The translations under genes and the position numbers were made by a program. The notes below the pieces were generated by a model. That model ran no database searches. It saw nothing but the letters and a program-made list of their open reading frames with translations, and was not told the origin of the DNA. From Candidatus Calditenuis fumarioli (lineage in GTDB: Archaea; Thermoproteota; Nitrososphaeria_A; Caldarchaeales; Calditenuaceae), in the NCBI GenBank assembly GCA_030059665.1, contig JANVYR010000001.1, forward strand, positions 448,001 to 512,000: a stretch of DNA of 64,000 bases. Direction: 5' to 3'. Within the stretch, counting starts at the first letter, position 1. The number at the start of each line of letters is the position of its first letter. Positions 28,114 to 38,481 of the stretch are shown here, in pieces.

Positions 28114-28694
28114 GGGTCCTGATTCTGGACAACTACGACTCCTTCGTCTGGAACGTCGCCGATTACCTCGGCAAGCTGGGTGCCGAGCCGGTCGTGGTGA
28201 GGAGCACGAAGGTAACGATCGAGCAGATCCGCGCGATGCGTCCCGACAGGATCGTTCTCTCGCCGGGTCCTGGGCACCCCTCGGAGAGGAGGTTCACCGG
28301 CGTCTCGGAGGAGGTCGTGAGGGAACTGGCGAGAGAGGTTCCGACGCTCGGGATCTGCCTCGGGATGCAGCTGATCGCTTACGCGCTGGGAGGCGAGGTC
28401 GTGAGGGCCAGGAGGGTCGTCCACGGGAAGGCCTCGCTCGTCTCCCACGACGGCAGGGGAATCTTCAGGGGCCTCGAGAACCCGATCGTCGTCGGCAGGT
28501 ACCACTCCCTGGTCGTTAGGGAAGAGACGGTTCCGGGGGAGCTGGAGGTCTGCGCGAGGGACCTGCAGGACGGCGAGGTGATGGCGATCAGGCACAGGAG
28601 CTGGCCGCTCGTCGGCGTCCAGTTCCACCCCGAGTCGATCCTGACGCGGAGCGGGCTCGAGCTTCTCAGGAACTTCCTGAGGGGTGAGACCTGA
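28110..28694 (+). CDS. trpG: Anthranilate synthase component II
   Basis: ILDNYDSF, LSPGPG, GICLG, GRYHSL, QFHPES. Start refined to TTG 28110. Confidence 0.95.
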   Translation: MRVLILDNYDSFVWNVADYLGKLGAEPVVVRSTKVTIEQIRAMRPDRIVLSPGPGHPSERRFTGVSEEVVRELAREVPTLGICLGMQLIAYALGGEVVRARRVVHGKASLVSHDGRGIFRGLENPIVVGRYHSLVVREETVPGELEVCARDLQDGEVMAIRHRSWPLVGVQFHPESILTRSGLELLRNFLRGET

Positions 28695-29732
28695 GTGATC
28701 GTCAGGGCGATCGACAAGCTGGTGAACGGGTTGGAGCTGACGCCTGAGGAGGCGTTCGCCTGCGCTGCGGAGATGGCCGACGGTGTGGCCACACCCGCGC
28801 AAACGGCGGCGTTCCTGACGGCCCTCAGGATCAGAGGGGAGAGCCCTGAGGTCCTCGCGGCCATGGCGAAGGCGATGAGGGAGAGGGCGATTCGGGTGAG
28901 AGCTGGGGACGAGGCGATAGACACGTGCGGAACCGGAGGCGATGCCGTGAAGACCCTCAACGCCAGCACGCTCGCGGGGATCGTGGTGGCTGCTGCCGGC
29001 GGAAGGGTCGCGAAGCACGGCAACAGGTCCTACACCGGTCACACGGGGAGCGCAGACCTGCTGGAGGAGCTCGGGGTCAGAATAGACGTGGGACCTGAGG
29101 TGGTGGAGAAGTGCATCGTCTCAACCGGGTTCGGCTTCATGCTGGCCACGGTCTACCATCCATCGATGAGGAACGTCTCCGGAGTCAGGCGCGAGATAGG
29201 CATCAGGACCGCCTTCAACCTGCTCGGCCCCCTCACGAATCCAGCGATGGTGAGGAGGCAGGCGGTCGGCGTCCCGAGCGCTGATCTGGTCCTGAAGATC
29301 TGCAGAGCCCTCATGCACCTCGGCCACGAGCGCGCCGCGGTCTACCATGGGCTCGCGGGGATAGACGAGGTGTCGCCGTGCTCTCCCACGGAGGTCGCTT
29401 GGCTCGAAGAGGGAGAGGTCAGGAGGGAGGTCCTCAGACCCGAGGACTTCGGCATCGAGCGGGAGAGCCCCGAGAGGCTGATCGTCCGGAGCAGGGAGGA
29501 GGCCGTGAGGAGGGCGAAGGGCGTCCTTTCGGGCTCGGTCAAGAGGGACGATCCGGACGTCAAGCTGGTGGTCTGCAACGCAGCCATGGCGCTCGTCGTG
29601 GCCGGCCTCGCTGACGACCTGAAGTACGGTGCGGAGACGGCGTGGGAGGTGCTCTCTTCGGGTCGGGCCCTTTCGCTCACGAGGGAGATCGTGCGGGTGA
29701 CGGGCGGTGACCCATCGCGGCTCGAGTCCTGA
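28695..29732 (+). CDS. trpD: Anthranilate phosphoribosyltransferase
   Basis: DTCGTGGD, N.ST, VAKHGNRS, GSAD, FNLLGPLTNP. Confidence 0.95.
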   Translation: MIVRAIDKLVNGLELTPEEAFACAAEMADGVATPAQTAAFLTALRIRGESPEVLAAMAKAMRERAIRVRAGDEAIDTCGTGGDAVKTLNASTLAGIVVAAAGGRVAKHGNRSYTGHTGSADLLEELGVRIDVGPEVVEKCIVSTGFGFMLATVYHPSMRNVSGVRREIGIRTAFNLLGPLTNPAMVRRQAVGVPSADLVLKICRALMHLGHERAAVYHGLAGIDEVSPCSPTEVAWLEEGEVRREVLRPEDFGIERESPERLIVRSREEAVRRAKGVLSGSVKRDDPDVKLVVCNAAMALVVAGLADDLKYGAETAWEVLSSGRALSLTREIVRVTGGDPSRLES

Positions 29733-30516
29733 CCGGGTCTCGTTCCTGGAGAAGGCCTGCGCCGACGCGATGAGGAGGGTCTCGTCTGGTTACTACCGAG
29801 CGGACGGCGACAACCCACCATCACGCGGTAGGTCCGGGAGGAGCCTCCTGAGGTCTCTCGTCAGTCCCGTCTCGGTCATCGCCGAGATCAAGCCCAGATC
29901 ACCGGTTGCTGGCAAGCTCAGGGAGGTGGAGGACGTGGTGTCGCTGGTCAGGGAGATGGTCTCGGGTGGTGCGGATGCGTTCTCAGTTCTGACGGATCCC
30001 GACAACTTCGGCGGACGCGCCGAGCACCTCAGGGAGGTCTCGTCTCTGGGAGTGTCGACGCTGATGAAGGACTTCGTGGTCTCCGCGGAGCAGCTGGAGT
30101 TCGCCGCGGCCTCGGGAGCCAGCGCGGTGCTGCTGATTCTCAGGGCCTTCAAACTGGGACTCACAAGCTTCGAACTCCGTGACGCGGTGCGGGCTGCCCA
30201 CGACCTCGGTTTGGAGGTGCTCCTGGAGGTTTACAGGCCCGAGGACGTGAGAGAGGTGTTGGCGTACGACGCTGACGTGATAGGCGTCAACTCGAGGGAC
30301 CTCGAGGACCTGAGCCTGAGCCTCGGAAGGGCGAGGAACCTGCTCGCGATGATACCCGAGGGCGAGAGGTGGAGGGTGGTGGTCGAGAGCGGGATAAGGT
30401 CGCACGAGGACGTCAAACCCTTCCTCGAGATGGGGGTGAACAAGTTCCTCGTCGGGACGGCCATCATGTCGTCAGGCGACGTGGCATCCGCGATCAGGAG
30501 GATAAAGGGTGGTTGA
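29707..30516 (+). CDS. trpC: Indole-3-glycerol phosphate synthase
   Basis: IAEIKPRSP, SVLTD, LMKDF, IGVNSRDL, ESGI, LVGTAIM. Confidence 0.93.
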   Translation: MTHRGSSPDRVSFLEKACADAMRRVSSGYYRADGDNPPSRGRSGRSLLRSLVSPVSVIAEIKPRSPVAGKLREVEDVVSLVREMVSGGADAFSVLTDPDNFGGRAEHLREVSSLGVSTLMKDFVVSAEQLEFAAASGASAVLLILRAFKLGLTSFELRDAVRAAHDLGLEVLLEVYRPEDVREVLAYDADVIGVNSRDLEDLSLSLGRARNLLAMIPEGERWRVVVESGIRSHEDVKPFLEMGVNKFLVGTAIMSSGDVASAIRRIKGG

Positions 30517-31123
30517 GGTGCGGCTCTTCGTGAAGGTCTGCGGCGTCACCAGGCCCGAGGACGTCATCACGGCCGCCAGGGCTGGTGCTGATGCCTTCGG
30601 GATCGTCGTCGGCTTCCCCAACTCTCCGAGGAACCTCCCGGTGGCCGCTGCGAGGGACCTCGTGAGGAAAGCTCCGGAGGACATCTCGCCGATACTCGTG
30701 CTGAACGGCTCCGACCTGCGGTTCGCTGAGGAGGCGTGCTCCATCATCGAGCCCTACGGCGTCCAGCTCTACGGGACGAACGATCCGGATCCCGTGAGGG
30801 CCATCGGCGTGAAGATGGTCATCAGGCCCGTGACCCCGGACGAGCTCTCCGTTCCCGACGGCTTCGATGCGGTGCTGCTGGACCAGAGCAGGGGAACTGG
30901 GAGGGCGCTGGACGTTGAGGTCTGCGCGAGATATGTCAGGAGCTCGAGGCTGCCGGTGATCGTCGCCGGCGGGCTCAACCCGACGAACGTCGCTGACGTC
31001 GTCAGAAGGATGAGACCTTTCGGCGTAGACGCGTCCTCTGGGCTCGAGTCGTCGCCGGGCGTGAAGGACCCCCTGAAGGTCACGGAGTTCGTGAGGAGGG
31101 CTCGGGAGGCCCATGAAGGCTAA
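30509..31123 (+). CDS. trpF: Phosphoribosylanthranilate isomerase
   Basis: [29 protein letters not shown]. Confidence 0.93.
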   Translation: MVEVRLFVKVCGVTRPEDVITAARAGADAFGIVVGFPNSPRNLPVAAARDLVRKAPEDISPILVLNGSDLRFAEEACSIIEPYGVQLYGTNDPDPVRAIGVKMVIRPVTPDELSVPDGFDAVLLDQSRGTGRALDVEVCARYVRSSRLPVIVAGGLNPTNVADVVRRMRPFGVDASSGLESSPGVKDPLKVTEFVRRAREAHEG

Positions 31124-32306
31124 GGGCTGGTTCGGGCGTTTCGGAGGCCGCTTCGTCCCGGAGACGCTGATGGAGGCACTGGAGGAGCTGGAGCAGAGCT
31201 ACCTGCGGCTGAAGGAGAGCGAGGAGTTCAGGAGGGAGCTCGACCACCTCCTCAGGACCTACGCCGGTAGGCCGACGCCGCTCTACTTCGCCCGGAATTT
31301 GACGAGGATGCTCGGCGGCGCGAAGATCTACCTCAAGCGCGAGGACCTCCTCCACGGCGGTGCCCACAAGATCAACAACGCCCTCGGGCAGGCGCTGCTC
31401 GCACGGCACATGGGGAGGCGGAGGGTGATTGCGGAGACAGGTGCGGGACAGCACGGAGTCGCAACGGCGATGGCCTGCGCGGCCCTCGGTCTCGAGTGCA
31501 GGGTCTACATGGGCGAGCTGGACGCTAGAAGGCAGGCAGCGAACGTGATGCGGATGAGGCTCCTCGGAGCAGAGGTCGTCGAGGTCAGGTCTGGAACGAG
31601 GACGCTGAAGGACGCGATAAACGAGGCGATCAGGGACTGGGTGACCAACGTCCAGACGACCTACTACCTCCTCGGGTCCTGCGTCGGCCCACACCCATAC
31701 CCGACGATCGTGAGGGACTTCCAGTCGGTGATAGGGAGGGAGTGCAGGGAGCAGGTGCTGGAGGCGGAGGGGAGGCTGCCGGACTACGTGATCGCCTGCG
31801 TCGGCGGAGGCAGCAACGCCATCGGGATCTTCCATCCCTTCCTGGACGACCCCGTCAGGCTCATCGGCGTCGAGGCGGGAGGTAGGGGAGAATCGCTCGG
31901 GGAGCACGCGGCGTCCCTCGTCAGGGGCTCGGAGGGCGTCCTCCACGGGGCTTACACCTACGTCCTCCAGGACGAGCACGGTCAGATCGCTGACACCTGG
32001 AGCATCGCTCCCGGACTCGATTACCCGGCCGTCGGCCCGGAGCACGCGTACCTTAAGGAGACAGGGAGGGCCCAGTACGTCGCGGTGAGCGACGAGGCTG
32101 CGCTGAGGGCCTACGTGACCCTCGCACGGACCGAGGGGATACTGCCAGCGCTGGAGCCTGCCCACGCGCTAGCCTACGCCATGGAGCTGGCACCGACCCT
32201 GAGGCCCGACGACGTCATAGTGGTGAACCTGAGCGGCCGGGGAGACAAGGACCTCGAGACCGTTCTCGGGTGGTTGCGGGATGAGGGAGCTGGAGGAGGC
32301 ATTTGA
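31113..32306 (+). CDS. trpB: Tryptophan synthase beta chain (TrpB1 type)
   Basis: [46 protein letters not shown]. Confidence 0.96.
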   Translation: MKAKGWFGRFGGRFVPETLMEALEELEQSYLRLKESEEFRRELDHLLRTYAGRPTPLYFARNLTRMLGGAKIYLKREDLLHGGAHKINNALGQALLARHMGRRRVIAETGAGQHGVATAMACAALGLECRVYMGELDARRQAANVMRMRLLGAEVVEVRSGTRTLKDAINEAIRDWVTNVQTTYYLLGSCVGPHPYPTIVRDFQSVIGRECREQVLEAEGRLPDYVIACVGGGSNAIGIFHPFLDDPVRLIGVEAGGRGESLGEHAASLVRGSEGVLHGAYTYVLQDEHGQIADTWSIAPGLDYPAVGPEHAYLKETGRAQYVAVSDEAALRAYVTLARTEGILPALEPAHALAYAMELAPTLRPDDVIVVNLSGRGDKDLETVLGWLRDEGAGGGI

Positions 32307-33081
32307 TCGGGCGAGGTCAAGGAGGGCTGCCGCGTTCGTCGCCTACATGACCGGCGGCTTCCCGGACAGGGAGACCTCTCTGCAGGTCCTGACGGCGCTG
32401 GCCGAGGAGGGCGCGGACGTCATAGAGGTGGGCGTCCCCTTCTCCGACCCGATCGCCGACGGCGTGACGATTCAGGAGGCCTCGCAGATAGCCCTGAGCA
32501 AGGGCGCGACCCCGAGGAACGTGCTCGAGACGGTGGCTCGTTTGCGTAGAAAGGTCGACGTGCCCGTGGTGCTGATGTCGTACCTCAACGTCGCGTTCAG
32601 GTACGGCCTCCAGAGGTTCGCCGAGGACGCGCGTTCCTGCGGCGTCTCAGCCGTCATCTTCCCCGACCTTCCGCTCGAGGAATTGGGACCCATCGCGGAG
32701 GTGATGAGGGGGAGGGGGCTGGGCGTTGTTCTTCTGGGATCGCCGGTGACTAGGGACGAGAGGCTCGTGAGGATCCTCGATGCCAGCGACTGCTTCACCT
32801 ACCTCGTCTCGGTTACCGGTGTCACCGGAGAGAGAAGCGAGGTCCCCAGGAGCGCGATCGACCTGCTCAGGAGGGCGAAGTCCTTGAGGCCCAAGTCGAG
32901 GGTTGCCGTGGGGTTCGGGGTCTCCTCACCCGAGCACGGAGCGCTGCTCTCCAGAGAGGGCGCCGACGGCGTTGTGGTCGGCAGCAAGCTCGTCTCAATC
33001 GTCAGGAGGGGAACGCTTGACGAGCTGAGGGACTTCGTGAGGGAGTTCCGGAATTCTCTCGTTAGATCCCACACACCCTAG
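32281..33081 (+). CDS. trpA: Tryptophan synthase alpha chain
   Basis: [36 protein letters not shown]. Confidence 0.95.
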   Translation: MRELEEAFDRARSRRAAAFVAYMTGGFPDRETSLQVLTALAEEGADVIEVGVPFSDPIADGVTIQEASQIALSKGATPRNVLETVARLRRKVDVPVVLMSYLNVAFRYGLQRFAEDARSCGVSAVIFPDLPLEELGPIAEVMRGRGLGVVLLGSPVTRDERLVRILDASDCFTYLVSVTGVTGERSEVPRSAIDLLRRAKSLRPKSRVAVGFGVSSPEHGALLSREGADGVVVGSKLVSIVRRGTLDELRDFVREFRNSLVRSHTP

Positions 33082-33135
33082 AAGGTCCGAGGTATCGCAG
33101 AAGCCTGCGGACGCTCGGCTGTTCTCGGACTGTTT

Positions 33136-34035
33136 TCACAGCTGGACTCGTCCCGGTGAGAACGCCTCGAGGAAGACGTCCAGGTCCACGTCGATGAGGC
33201 CACCCGACTCCACGCCGCTCAGCAGCGCACGCCTCATCCGCACCCGCATCCTGTGCTCGTGGAGAAGGACCTCCGCCGACTCTCCTCCCGAGAGGACCGA
33301 TTCCAGGACCTTCAGGCCCACAGTAGCCGACTCGAGTGCGTAATCGCCGGCCCATGGGGGCAATACGTCACCGGATGCCTCGCCAAGCTCGAGGACGCCC
33401 TCGGTCCTGCGATCCTGACCTGCCAGGAGCGGGGTCCTGGAGAACGTCCTGCGATGGCTCTGGGGGTTTCCTACCTCCACCACGGCCCTCGGAGAGAGGG
33501 GTGCTTTGAGCGTCAGGGAGCGCCTGCCCACCTCGAGCGAACACTCGATCGAGGAGTCGATGACGGACGCCCTGACCTCGCCGACCCCAACCGGGTTGAG
33601 GGGTTGGGTGCTGACGAAGTGCTCCGCGGTCCCGGAGACCTCGCCGTGGGGCGTCTGGGCCCTGAAGGTGAACTCGCCCTGATCGGTACGGTGGAAGAGG
33701 GGCCTGCACCACGTGTGTACCTCGCAGCCTCCGAGCGTCAGGTGCTCCGCGAGCCTCCTCACGCCAATGACCCAGACCCTCTCGGAGGACCCCCTCACCA
33801 TCACCCGCTCGCCGAGACGGAGCTTCAGCGTCAGCTTGAAGGGACCGTGCAATAACGCCTCCTTCGGGACCCCTTCGGCCCTTATGGTCCCCTCCAGAAC
33901 CGGCAGGTAAGGGTGCCTGCCGCCGAGCCGGGGGCCCTCCTCCAAGACCAGAACCCTGAACCCCTTGGAGTGGAGGCGGTTTGCGAGCCAAACTGCAGTC
34001 AGATCAGATCCGTGCACAACCGCGTCGTACCTCAA
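33136..34035 (-). CDS. Degenerate FAD-dependent oxidoreductase (geranylgeranyl-reductase-like fold)
   Basis: N-terminal YDAVVHGSDLTA...VLVLE Rossmann-like start; late LGEASG..P..G motif resembling GGR 'GDAAG..P..G'. Confidence 0.5.
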   Translation of the reverse strand: MRYDAVVHGSDLTAVWLANRLHSKGFRVLVLEEGPRLGGRHPYLPVLEGTIRAEGVPKEALLHGPFKLTLKLRLGERVMVRGSSERVWVIGVRRLAEHLTLGGCEVHTWCRPLFHRTDQGEFTFRAQTPHGEVSGTAEHFVSTQPLNPVGVGEVRASVIDSSIECSLEVGRRSLTLKAPLSPRAVVEVGNPQSHRRTFSRTPLLAGQDRRTEGVLELGEASGDVLPPWAGDYALESATVGLKVLESVLSGGESAEVLLHEHRMRVRMRRALLSGVESGGLIDVDLDVFLEAFSPGRVQL

Positions 34036-34038
34036 GAT

Positions 34039-34401
34039 TCACCTGACCTGATCCCTCACGCTCGCGGGTATCCTGTCTCGCCAACGTTCCACGAACTCGC
34101 GCTCCTTCCTCCTGTCCCTCAGGTCGTCCGGGAGCATCACGGGCACCTCGTCTATGACCGGGTACCAGCGGCCGCAACGCCTGCACGTGAGCAGCGCGTC
34201 GACTATCTCGAACCTCCAGCAGCTCCTGCAGTCCGGCTCCCTCCCGAGCTCGTTCAGCGCGGATCCGTGGTAGCCGCAGTAGAGCTCGCATTTCCTCACC
34301 TCCTTCGGAGAGTACCGCTCCTCGACTGAGTAGACTTCGAGGTCGAGGGGGAAGTGCTTGCACATCGGGCACGCGAGCAGGTCCATGAGCCGGTACTTCA
34401 C
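34039..34401 (-). CDS. Trm112-like protein
   Basis: MKYRLMDLLACP.CK.FPL ... C..CGRWYPVIDEVPVMLPD. Confidence 0.85.
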   Translation of the reverse strand: MKYRLMDLLACPMCKHFPLDLEVYSVEERYSPKEVRKCELYCGYHGSALNELGREPDCRSCWRFEIVDALLTCRRCGRWYPVIDEVPVMLPDDLRDRRKEREFVERWRDRIPASVRDQVR

Positions 34402-34444
34402 GCCGCCACACGCCCGCACCAGTAGAAGAGCGTATTGCCCCAGC

Positions 34445-34927
34445 TCAGGCCACTGCGAGGTCCGGTATGCTCGAGAACTCCACGATGGCGTCGCAGTAGT
34501 AGCACTGGATGTAGCCGTCCTCCTTCAGGACCCTGAACCTCCTCACGACCGGGTCGCGCTTCGAGTTGGAGATGCACGTCACCTCCGGACACCTCACCCT
34601 CCCCTCGATCACGTCGGGGAGCTCGGGCTGGTACTTCTCGACCTTCCAGTCGCGGATGTAGTTCACGGTCACCGTGGGATAGATCAGCTTGACCAGCGCC
34701 GCGTCGGTCCTCGACATGTGGTGATGGTAGAGCTTGATGACGTCCTTCCTGCCGTACTTCCTGCTGGGAACGTTCTTCAGGACGATCACCGAGACCTCTG
34801 GGTCCTTCGCCAGCTGCTCGGCGTCGATCAAGCGGAGTACCCTGTCGGCCCTCCACGCCGGTATGTGATCTATCACGGTGCCCCAGTCGATCTTCCTGAC
34901 CAGCAGGCCCTCCTCCATCTCACCCAC
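34445..34927 (-). CDS. pyrI: Aspartate carbamoyltransferase regulatory subunit
   Basis: I..GTVIDHI, NVPS.K.GRKD.IK, P..TVN.I, RCP...C and CYYC. Confidence 0.93.
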   Translation of the reverse strand: MGEMEEGLLVRKIDWGTVIDHIPAWRADRVLRLIDAEQLAKDPEVSVIVLKNVPSRKYGRKDVIKLYHHHMSRTDAALVKLIYPTVTVNYIRDWKVEKYQPELPDVIEGRVRCPEVTCISNSKRDPVVRRFRVLKEDGYIQCYYCDAIVEFSSIPDLAVA

Positions 34928-35867
34928 CCAGTATCAGGTGATACAGGGCCATCCTCACCGGCAGCCCGTACGAAGCCTGCTCGAAGTACCAGGCGTGCGG
35001 GGTTCCGTCCACCTCGGGGTCCAGCTCGTCCACCCTCGGGAGCGGGTGCATCACGCCCAGCGTGGGCCTCGCGTTGGAGAGCAGCTCCATGTCGACCCTG
35101 TAGCTCCCCTTCAGCCTCTCGTACTCCGAGGGGTCCGGGAACCTCTCCTTCTGGAGCCTGGTCACGTACAGCACGTCGAGCTCTCCGACCACCCTCGGGA
35201 TCTCCGACTGCTTCTCGACCTTATCGTAGCTGACGCCTCGCTTCCGCAGGTGCAGCTCCACCTCTGGCCTCACCTGGAGAGCCGGGGGAGCGATGAAGTG
35301 CATCGTGACGTCCTTGAACAGCGAGAGCGTGTAGACCAGCGAGGGAACGGTCCTCGAGAACCTCAGGTCTCCGAGAAAACCTATCCTGAGCCCGTCGATC
35401 GAGCCCCTCTTCCTCCTTATCGTGTAGGCGTCGAGCAGCGACTGGGTTGGGTGCTCCTGGCTTCCGCTTCCGGCGTTGATCACCGGGACCCTCACCACGT
35501 CAGCCGCGTACCGGGCCGCCCCCCTCGCAGGGTGCCTCATGACGATGCAGTCGACACCGTAGCCCTCGATCATCTTCAGCGTGTCGTAGAGCGATTCGCC
35601 CTTCGTGAGCGAGGTCATCTCCGGGTCCACAAGGGGCAGCACGTCGGCGCCCATCTTCCTGGCGGCAACGTGGAAGCTCGAGTAGGTCCTGGTGGAGGGC
35701 TCCACGAAGAGCAGGGCCACCCTCTTCCCCGAGAGCGAGCCGCTGAACCTCTCCGGAGACCTCAGGGCCTCGTCCGCGACCTCGAAGACCCTCTCTACCA
35801 TGGGCCTGGTGAAGTCCTTGGAGCTGACCACATCCGCACCTTTCAGAGAGACTAGGACCTCTCCCAC
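34920..35867 (-). CDS. pyrB: Aspartate carbamoyltransferase catalytic subunit
   Basis: EPSTRT..SF, KGESL.DT, INAGSG..EHPTQ.LLD, MHPLPR. Confidence 0.96.
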   Translation of the reverse strand: MGEVLVSLKGADVVSSKDFTRPMVERVFEVADEALRSPERFSGSLSGKRVALLFVEPSTRTYSSFHVAARKMGADVLPLVDPEMTSLTKGESLYDTLKMIEGYGVDCIVMRHPARGAARYAADVVRVPVINAGSGSQEHPTQSLLDAYTIRRKRGSIDGLRIGFLGDLRFSRTVPSLVYTLSLFKDVTMHFIAPPALQVRPEVELHLRKRGVSYDKVEKQSEIPRVVGELDVLYVTRLQKERFPDPSEYERLKGSYRVDMELLSNARPTLGVMHPLPRVDELDPEVDGTPHAWYFEQASYGLPVRMALYHLILGG

Positions 35868-36125
35868 CTGAACCCGCCCGTGGCCTCAGCCTCCGTCGAT
35901 ATCAAGGTTGAGCCGCTTTGCGGGCGGCCACGTCGTCCGATGATACGGAGGCCCTTTTTCGGTTCATTAGCCCGAAGCACGCGGAGGACGGAGTGTGCCT
36001 CAGCCCCCTGCGCTCCATGAGCAGCCTTGACCCATCACCTGATGCTCAACCGAGACCCCTTTTATCGTTCGGCCCCAGAGACGGGATACACTTATGAAAA
36101 CGCAGCGGATTAGCGAATGAGGGCT

Positions 36126-36199
36126 GCGGCCGTAGTCTAGCCTGGTAGGACGTGGGCCTGCCACGCCCAAGGTCCCGGGTTCAAATCCCGGCGGCCGCA
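36126..36199 (+). tRNA. trnG: tRNA-Gly(GCC), intronless
   Basis: GCGGCCGTAGTCTAGCCTGGTAGGACGTGGGCCTGCCACGCCCAAGGTCCCGGGTTCAAATCCCGGCGGCCGCA; TATA-like TTATGAAA about 25 nt upstream. Confidence 0.95.
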
Positions 36200-36223
36200 C
36201 CGAACGGACGTCTCCGGATGGCT

Positions 36224-36790
36224 TCAGATCTCATCGGCCATCTTCCTGAACCTCTCGTGGACGCCGTGACCCACCTCGACCTCCTCGACGTTCTCGTAGC
36301 AGCGCCCGACCTCAGATGCGTCTCCCACCCGCGCAACCGACTCGCCCATCGGGAAGAGAACCAGGTTCTCCTTCCGGATGTGGTCCCTGAGCAGGTTGAC
36401 GTACTCCTCGCAGGTCGCCAACACGCCCGCAGCGGCCCCACTATCCCCGGACTCCAGCGCCCGCAGCAGCCCCTCGAGCCGTGCCACAAGCTCCCTCCCA
36501 ACCTGGTGCTCGTAGAGCATCACGCCTATCGGGCCGCCCTCCCTAGGTATCCCCCTCCTCTCGAGGCAGGGGAAGAGGCAGCGCTCCTCCTTTCCGTGGT
36601 GGCAGCGGTCGATGAAGGTTCTCGCGAAGCTGACGAACCTCCTCAGGGGTTCGGGGTCGACCCTTCCCGAGGCCCGCCACTCCCTCATCCTCTCCTCGAG
36701 GCGCTCAAGGGCCCTCAGGATCACCTCGTGGTCCTCCATCAGGGAACCAGTGAGCGGGTGCTCCTCACCGTGCATCGCGGTCATCGACAC
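36224..36790 (-). CDS. Hemerythrin (HHE cation-binding) domain protein
   Basis: L..DH..I, HHGKEE..LFP, M..EH, HI.KEN.VLFP. Confidence 0.88.
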   Translation of the reverse strand: MSMTAMHGEEHPLTGSLMEDHEVILRALERLEERMREWRASGRVDPEPLRRFVSFARTFIDRCHHGKEERCLFPCLERRGIPREGGPIGVMLYEHQVGRELVARLEGLLRALESGDSGAAAGVLATCEEYVNLLRDHIRKENLVLFPMGESVARVGDASEVGRCYENVEEVEVGHGVHERFRKMADEI

Positions 36791-36885
36791 CGCTCAACGG
36801 ACGTTTCTGAAAAGCAGTCGTCTAACCCGTTCGCTTCGGGGAGGTGCGGATCCTCTTAAATCGTGCTGGACGGATCTGCACCCGG

Positions 36886-37563
36886 ATGGCGCTGGAGGAG
36901 GTCGCGAACAGGTGCAGGTTCCCGAGGGAGGCGCTCTACGACCTCCAGAGGCTGACCTGGTACCTCCCGATGGACGGCGGGGCGCTAAAGGTCGGGACGC
37001 TCCCGATCACCGTCAAGGGCTGGGGGAAGGTGAGGAAGGTCGAGGTGAAGCAGGTGGGGACGACGGTGGAGAGGGACAGGTCCCTGGCCTACGTCGAGGC
37101 CCAGAGGTACGTCGGCCACGTCCGGGCTTCCTTCGCCTGCAGGGTAGTGGAGGTCAACGACCAGCTGGCCGCTGAGCCCCACCTGATCCAGTCGGACCCC
37201 TACGGAAGGGGATGGCTGGCGACGGTGGTGCCGTTGAACGCTGGCGACGTCTCGGCGCTGAAGGGGTTCGAGGAGGTCAGGGACGAGCTGAGGAGGGAGA
37301 TCACGGAGAGGGGGATCGTGTGCTTCAGGGAGGTGCCGGACCTCACGATACCGGCGATCGGGGTGGAGTGCAGCATGGCCCTGATGGTCCTGAAGGACCA
37401 GATCGATCAGGTCCCAGTGGGCACGCTGATACACCTCGTCGCGGAGGGGGACGAGTCGTCGGAGCAGGAGGTGATGAAGTGGTCCTCCATAACCGGACAC
37501 GAGGTCGTCGACCTCTTCAGGGAGGGGAGGTTGGTGCACGTCCTCGTCAGGAGAACGAGGTGA
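36886..37563 (+). CDS. GcvH/lipoyl-domain-like protein fused to a TusA/SirA-like sulfur-carrier domain
   Basis: VG..V...LA.VEAQR...VVEVND.L...P.LI.SDPYG.GW, followed by PAIGVECSMA...GHEVV...V.VRR. Confidence 0.75.
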   Translation: MALEEVANRCRFPREALYDLQRLTWYLPMDGGALKVGTLPITVKGWGKVRKVEVKQVGTTVERDRSLAYVEAQRYVGHVRASFACRVVEVNDQLAAEPHLIQSDPYGRGWLATVVPLNAGDVSALKGFEEVRDELRREITERGIVCFREVPDLTIPAIGVECSMALMVLKDQIDQVPVGTLIHLVAEGDESSEQEVMKWSSITGHEVVDLFREGRLVHVLVRRTR

Positions 37564-37569
37564 TGTCCG

Positions 37570-38481
37570 GTGTATGTGATAGAGTCGGAGGACCTCTGGA
37601 AGACCTACGACGGCCGGCGCTGGGCCCTCTCGGGCGTTGACCTGAGGGTCCGTGAGGGGGAGGTGCTCGCCCTCCTCGGGAGAAACGGCGCAGGGAAGAC
37701 CACCTTCATCCGGATAGCCTGCAGCCTCCTCAAGCCCACCAGGGGATCGGTGAGGGTGCTGGGCATGGACGTCACCCAGGAGTCCTCGAGGGTGAGGGAG
37801 AGGATAGCGCTGGTGCCACAGGAGGGGAGGCCATCGAACCTGAACACGCCCTGGTCCCACGTCTACTACTACCTGATCGCGAGGGGCCTTCCGAGGTCCG
37901 AGGCCCGCGTCAGGGCGAGGAGGTACCTCCAGTCGCTGGAGCTCTGGGATGTCAGGGACGTGATCTGCGGCAACCTCTCAGGCGGGATGCGGCAGAGGGT
38001 GCTGGTGGCCATGGCGCTCGCGACCGAGGCGGACGTGCTCTTCCTCGACGAGCCGACGATAGGGCTCGACCCGCTCAGCAAGCAGACCGTCTGGGAGCAG
38101 ATAAGGGACAGCGCCGCTGAGGGGAGGACTGTTGTGGTGACCACGCACAACATGGAGGAGGCTGAGACGATCGCGGACAGGGTGGCGATCATCGACGAGG
38201 GCCGCATCGTGGCCTCCGGCACGCCCGAGGAGGTGAAAGCGAGGGTGGGTTACGAATACCGGGTTGACCTGAGGGGTGACGGGATCGAGGCGTCCGAGCT
38301 CAGCTCTTACGGGCTTGTCAGGAGGATAGGTGACCGGTACCGCGTCTACCTCTCCGATTCGACCGCACGGGAGCTGCTGGATCTGGCGATAGCAAGGGGA
38401 TGGACGGCCTCGCTCTCGAGGACCACGCTCGAGGACGCCTTCGTCCTGCTGGTGGGCGAGGTGGAGGAGCATGCGGGTTAG
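37570..38481 (+). CDS. ABC exporter ATP-binding subunit (DrrA/NodI-like)
   Basis: GRNGAGKTT, LSGGMRQR, LFLDEPT.GLDP, TTHNMEEA. Confidence 0.92.
   Translation: MYVIESEDLWKTYDGRRWALSGVDLRVREGEVLALLGRNGAGKTTFIRIACSLLKPTRGSVRVLGMDVTQESSRVRERIALVPQEGRPSNLNTPWSHVYYYLIARGLPRSEARVRARRYLQSLELWDVRDVICGNLSGGMRQRVLVAMALATEADVLFLDEPTIGLDPLSKQTVWEQIRDSAAEGRTVVVTTHNMEEAETIADRVAIIDEGRIVASGTPEEVKARVGYEYRVDLRGDGIEASELSSYGLVRRIGDRYRVYLSDSTARELLDLAIARGWTASLSRTTLEDAFVLLVGEVEEHAG

Noticed and set aside
29707-29745. Possible non-canonical GTC start for trpC just before SFLEK
   Set aside because: An in-frame GTG at 29707 has a properly spaced GGTGA SD, so no anomaly needs to be invoked.
36000-36038. Minus-strand GTGATGG...CTGA, suggesting a C/D box sRNA
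   Set aside because: The C box is imperfect, the C'/D' boxes are poor, there is no terminal stem, and no target can be verified.
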